Assembly: GCA_963822585.1 (NCBI GenBank)
Contig: CAWGIE010000019.1
Coordinates: 32,001 to 96,000 of the forward strand
Origin: an uncultured bacterium
GTDB lineage: Bacteria > Auribacterota > Erginobacteria > Erginobacterales > Erginobacteraceae
Length of the DNA stretch: 64,000 bases
Direction: 5' to 3'
Below the pieces are notes generated by a model, which saw only the letters and a program-made list of their open reading frames with translations, was not told where the DNA came from and ran no database searches. The translations under genes were made by a program, and so were the position numbers. Below are positions 60,487 to 64,000 of the stretch, piece by piece (the stretch's first letter is position 1; the number at the start of each line of letters is the position of its first letter).

Positions 60487-61476
60487 TTAAGGCACTTCAA
60501 TCTGATCGAAGATGGTCTGGATCAGGTCCTCGGAAGTAAGGTCCTCCGCTTCCGCCTCGTAGTTCACGATCACCCGGTGGCGAAGAACGTCCTTGCCGAC
60601 CGTCTTCACGTCCTGGGGGGTTACGTATCCCCTCCCCTTGATGAAGGCGTAGGCCTTGGAAGCGACCGTCAGGTAGATGGTGGCTCGGGGGGATGCCCCG
60701 TACAGGATGTAATCCCCGATCTTCAGACCGTACTGGTCGGGCTCCCGGGTGGCGAAGACGAGATCGAGGATGTAGTCCTTGACCTTTTCGTCGATATAGA
60801 TCTGGTCGACTACCGAGCGGGCTTTCATGATCTCCTCCGGATTGACCACCGGCTGAACAGTGAGTTCATACCCGGTCACCGCCATCCGGTCCATGATCGT
60901 CTTCTCTTCCTTCTTGTTGGGATAATCCAGGACCACCTTGAGCATGAACCGGTCAACCTGGGCTTCCGGGAGCGGATAGGTGCCTTCCTGCTCGATCGGG
61001 TTTTGGGTGGCCAGGACCATGAAAGGTTCCGGCACCGGGAAACTCTCCTTGCCGATGGTCACCTGATGCTCCTGCATCGCTTCCAGGAGCGCCGACTGGA
61101 CCTTGGCCGGGGCCCGGTTGATCTCGTCGGCCAGGATGATATTGGCGAAGATCGGCCCTTTCTTGGTGCTGAAATCACCGGTCTTGGGGTTGTAGACCAG
61201 GGTGCCGAGCAGGTCCGCCGGCAGCAGGTCGGGGGTAAACTGGATCCGCTGGTAGGTTGTGTCGATCGTTCGGGCGAGCACCCGGACTGAAAGGCTCTTG
61301 GCCAGACCGGGTACCCCTTCGATCAGGATGTGACCGTTGGCCAGAATCCCCAGCAAAAGACGATCGATCAGGTAAGACTGGCCGACGATCACCTTGCCGA
61401 TCTCCGACCGGATCTTATCGATAAATTCGCTGGCACTCTTGACTCTCTCGTTGATCTCCTGGATGTCGATAGGCAT
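60487..61476 (-). CDS. moxR: MoxR family AAA+ ATPase
   Basis: EGVPGLAKS, RIQFTPDLLPAD, DEINRAPAKVQSALLEAMQE, ATQNPIEQEGTY. Confidence 0.96.
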   Translation of the reverse strand: MPIDIQEINERVKSASEFIDKIRSEIGKVIVGQSYLIDRLLLGILANGHILIEGVPGLAKSLSVRVLARTIDTTYQRIQFTPDLLPADLLGTLVYNPKTGDFSTKKGPIFANIILADEINRAPAKVQSALLEAMQEHQVTIGKESFPVPEPFMVLATQNPIEQEGTYPLPEAQVDRFMLKVVLDYPNKKEEKTIMDRMAVTGYELTVQPVVNPEEIMKARSVVDQIYIDEKVKDYILDLVFATREPDQYGLKIGDYILYGASPRATIYLTVASKAYAFIKGRGYVTPQDVKTVGKDVLRHRVIVNYEAEAEDLTSEDLIQTIFDQIEVP

Positions 61477-61637
61477 GGCAAATCTCCTTCTAAATACCAT
61501 GTTTTTATGTTTGATATTGCCTCATGAATGGCTAAATGGAGTGATGGAGTACTGGAGTATTGGAGTGTTGGAAAATCAGCCAGCCCATTACTCCACCACT
61601 CCAACACTCCATTACTCCATGTTGTCTTGGTTTATTT

Positions 61638-62567
61638 CTATTTTGTATTTCTAGCTTCTACTTTTTGAGATTCTATAAAGGTGTACACCCGCTTCAGGAT
61701 ATCGTCCAGCTCCCGGCTTTCCGCCTGCCTGCTTCCGAACCGGCTTTCTTCCAGCATCTTCAGGATCCGGGCCAGCTCCGCCCCCGACTCTCCGGAAAGT
61801 TCCGGGGATCGGGCCCCTCCCAGGACTTCATTCCAGGTGTCCGGCGAGATGGTAATGGTATATTTCTTCTCCAGGTAATCGGCCAGAATCTTCCAGATCC
61901 GTTCCAGATACCCTTCGATATCTCCCCGGATCTTGAACTTCCTGACCCCGTCCAGTTCCTGCAGACTTTCCGTTTCCAGGTTTTTGACGTAATCGGCGAT
62001 AACTTCGTTCGACTGTTTTTTATATCGCCGTATGGTCCACCTCACGTAGACCGTTATCACCAAAACCAGCGCCAGGGCTCCCATGATGAAAAGCAGGGAT
62101 TTCAGGGAAACCGGGCCCGGGGCGCCGGAGGCGATCTCGATTTCCATCGGCTCGGTGGTAAGGGGATGGTCCTCATTCTCATCCCGGCGGCGGTAAAGGA
62201 GACGGACCGGCCCTATCCGGCCGGGACCCGCGCTCTCGCCCTTCAGCGAGAAAAGAAACTCCCGGACCTGGTGCTCTTCCCCGTCCTTCCGGTAAACAAT
62301 GCTTCTTTGTGTCGTGCCGGTGACCGTCACCCCCCGGCACTCGGGGGATACGGGAGTGGAAAAGGTGAACTCGGAAGGGGGCCCCGTCCAGGCGGCCGTG
62401 ACCGTGAAGAGAGCTTCCTCGCCGAGCACGACCCGGACGGGAGAGATCCCGGTCGAGATCTGGGGTATGGGCAGGGCGAAAGCGCCCGGAAGGCCGGGAA
62501 AGAAAAAGAGCCCGCCGACCCCCAGGCTCAAGGCAAATACCGGCAACCTGATCCTCATTCCGATCAC
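61638..62567 (-). CDS. hypothetical membrane protein (BatD-like beta domain + TM + helical tail)
   Basis: Signal peptide, beta-rich domain, TM, YLEKKY..ESRFG tail similar to 58528-59460. Confidence 0.7.
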   Translation of the reverse strand: MIGMRIRLPVFALSLGVGGLFFFPGLPGAFALPIPQISTGISPVRVVLGEEALFTVTAAWTGPPSEFTFSTPVSPECRGVTVTGTTQRSIVYRKDGEEHQVREFLFSLKGESAGPGRIGPVRLLYRRRDENEDHPLTTEPMEIEIASGAPGPVSLKSLLFIMGALALVLVITVYVRWTIRRYKKQSNEVIADYVKNLETESLQELDGVRKFKIRGDIEGYLERIWKILADYLEKKYTITISPDTWNEVLGGARSPELSGESGAELARILKMLEESRFGSRQAESRELDDILKRVYTFIESQKVEARNTK

Positions 62568-63724
62568 TCCCCCTGGCCGCTCACCACCCGTTCTTCGAGG
62601 ACAACCTCGATAGTCCCGGCCTCGCCCTTCCTCTCCACTTTCAGGATTATCTTCTCCCCGACACCGGAGAGGAGGATCATCTTCTGGAGACCGTGGGGCG
62701 ACTCGATCGCCCGGCCGTTCAAACTGAGGAGAACGTCTCCTTCCCGGATGCCGGCCCGGGCGGCGGGGCCGTCGGGGACAACGGTGGCGACACGCACACC
62801 CTCCCGTCCGGGGATCGCTTCCGGGGAAAGCCCCAGCCAGCCGTGCCGGCAGGAGGAGCCTTTGTCAAGGCCGGCGGCCACGTCTTTGACCAGGTCGACC
62901 GGGATGGCGAAGCCGATACCCTGCGCCTGGCTGGGCCGCAAGAATGGTCCCGGGGACATTGTCTGCGCACCGGGAAAAGCCCGGTGGAAACGGCGGATAA
63001 AGTCCCAGTCAAATTCGAACTCCCGATAGCCGGAAAAAGTGGCGGCGATGACCCCGATTACTTCCCCCTTGCTGTTGAGAACCGGCCCCCCGCTGTCGCC
63101 CGGGTTAACGGGAGCGGTGATCTGGATCAGTTCCTCGTATGGGCAGATACCCAATCCGGCGCGGCCCAGACCGCTGACAATCCCCCAGGAGGCGCTGGTG
63201 GTAAGCCCGAACGGCTGCCCCAGGGCGATAACCCAGGAACCCGGGTGGATATCCCCGGAACAGCCCAGCGGGAGATACGGCAGACCGCTGCTGTCGATTT
63301 TCAGCAGCGCGAGGCCGAAGACCGGGTCCTGACCGATGACGCGGGCCGTGAAAATCCGGCCGTCCTGAAGGGTGACCGTTATCGTGCGGGCCCGGCCGAT
63401 CACGTTCTCGGCGGTCACGATCTTCCCATCCGGGCTGATGAGAAAACCGGTCCCGCTGCTGCTGCGTTTCTGGCTTCCGAAGTCGCTCTTCAAAAACGAT
63501 TCCATCCAGGCGGGCAGGTGCTCGCCTTCCATTTCATCCCACCAGGAGGGCGAGATGGACTCGGTGGTGACCGAGACCACGGCCGGGGCCGCTTTTTCAA
63601 CGATCGCGACCACTTCTTTCTCCAGCGAGGCCAGCAGCGATCCTTCCTCGGCCACCCCTGGCGACAGGAAAAAGGGGTTCAGCAGTGCAAGAGCCGCCGC
63701 CGTCAACAGTACTTGCTTTTTCAT
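62564..63724 (-). CDS. HtrA/DegP-like trypsin-PDZ protein, degenerate catalytic triad
   Basis: PAVVSV, GTGFLI, NPGDSGGP, GIGFAIP, one PDZ; TAENV and FGLA at the His and Asp positions. Confidence 0.9.
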   Translation of the reverse strand: MKKQVLLTAAALALLNPFFLSPGVAEEGSLLASLEKEVVAIVEKAAPAVVSVTTESISPSWWDEMEGEHLPAWMESFLKSDFGSQKRSSSGTGFLISPDGKIVTAENVIGRARTITVTLQDGRIFTARVIGQDPVFGLALLKIDSSGLPYLPLGCSGDIHPGSWVIALGQPFGLTTSASWGIVSGLGRAGLGICPYEELIQITAPVNPGDSGGPVLNSKGEVIGVIAATFSGYREFEFDWDFIRRFHRAFPGAQTMSPGPFLRPSQAQGIGFAIPVDLVKDVAAGLDKGSSCRHGWLGLSPEAIPGREGVRVATVVPDGPAARAGIREGDVLLSLNGRAIESPHGLQKMILLSGVGEKIILKVERKGEAGTIEVVLEERVVSGQGE

Positions 63725-63902
63725 TTATTCTCCCTTTTAAATTAGCGGCTTCGCCGCTAATTTAGTAAGTTTTCACTTTCTAACATAGAAAAGATTGATA
63801 ATGGCCCGAAAATTAGTTCGCGTCCAACCGCTCAATTCATAACGGTAAGGCCTTAGCATCATCAAGAAAAAACGAAATATGTTGTTTTAGTTGTTTTTTC
63901 GC

Positions 63903-63956
63903 CTATTTCGGCATTCCGGTAATCGGATGTTTCCGATTACCGGAATGCCGAAATAG
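63903..63956. repeat. perfect 25-bp-arm palindrome
   Basis: CTATTTCGGCATTCCGGTAATCGGA-TGTT-TCCGATTACCGGAATGCCGAAATAG. Confidence 0.85.
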
Positions 63957-64000
63957 TAATTTAAACCTCAAAACGGTTATTTCCGGACAGGGACGTCGCC

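Noticed and set aside
52687..61476. MoxR-DUF58-Bat operon as a novel system
   Set aside because: A well-described conserved operon in canonical order; only the upstream pseudo-HtrA extension is flagged

Overview
Chromosomal segment of a GC-rich, probably anaerobic, diderm bacterium (Re-type citrate synthase, two-subunit Fe-S fumarase, ferredoxins, DUF362, a beta-barrel-like protein). The FG-GAP-like 'GDYDGDGTSDIAVFR...GLWA' tail resembles those of Ca. Auribacterota/PVC-related MAGs, but this is only a tentative recollection. Content: the 3' part of an ISL3 element; REP-like palindrome arrays; carbonic anhydrase, SPFH, Mop, cupin, MFS and NodIJ-like ABC genes; a TlpA/CxxC/4Fe-4S/ferredoxin module; a PA2779-like precursor + C39 peptidase + TPR cassette; a large GHMP kinase-nucleotidyltransferase fusion; a four-helix-bundle/Zn-ribbon gene; a citrate synthase-IDH-malic enzyme-fumarase alpha-nadB cluster; suhB, aminopeptidase, fumarase beta, cobO, ilvC, tRNA-fMet, a TMTC-like TPR glycosyltransferase and a DEAD-box helicase; a large duplicated surface protein; and a MoxR-Bat operon preceded by an HtrA lacking its catalytic His and Asp. 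The most unusual signals are non-coding. (i) Seven intergenic arrays alternate a G-rich anchor (AAAAGGGGCCGAGGYRGGGG, seen only on the + strand) with interchangeable 7-9-mer tandem-repeat modules shared between loci. (ii) Many inverted short-tandem-repeat hairpins occur, and 9-mer tracts of the same class punctuate the four-helix-bundle gene. (iii) A diverged ~250-bp dispersed element carries a terminal hairpin. Several genes have single-base frameshifts, mostly at homopolymers, which suggests long-read assembly errors rather than true pseudogenes. All family assignments come from motif recognition by eye; no searches were run.
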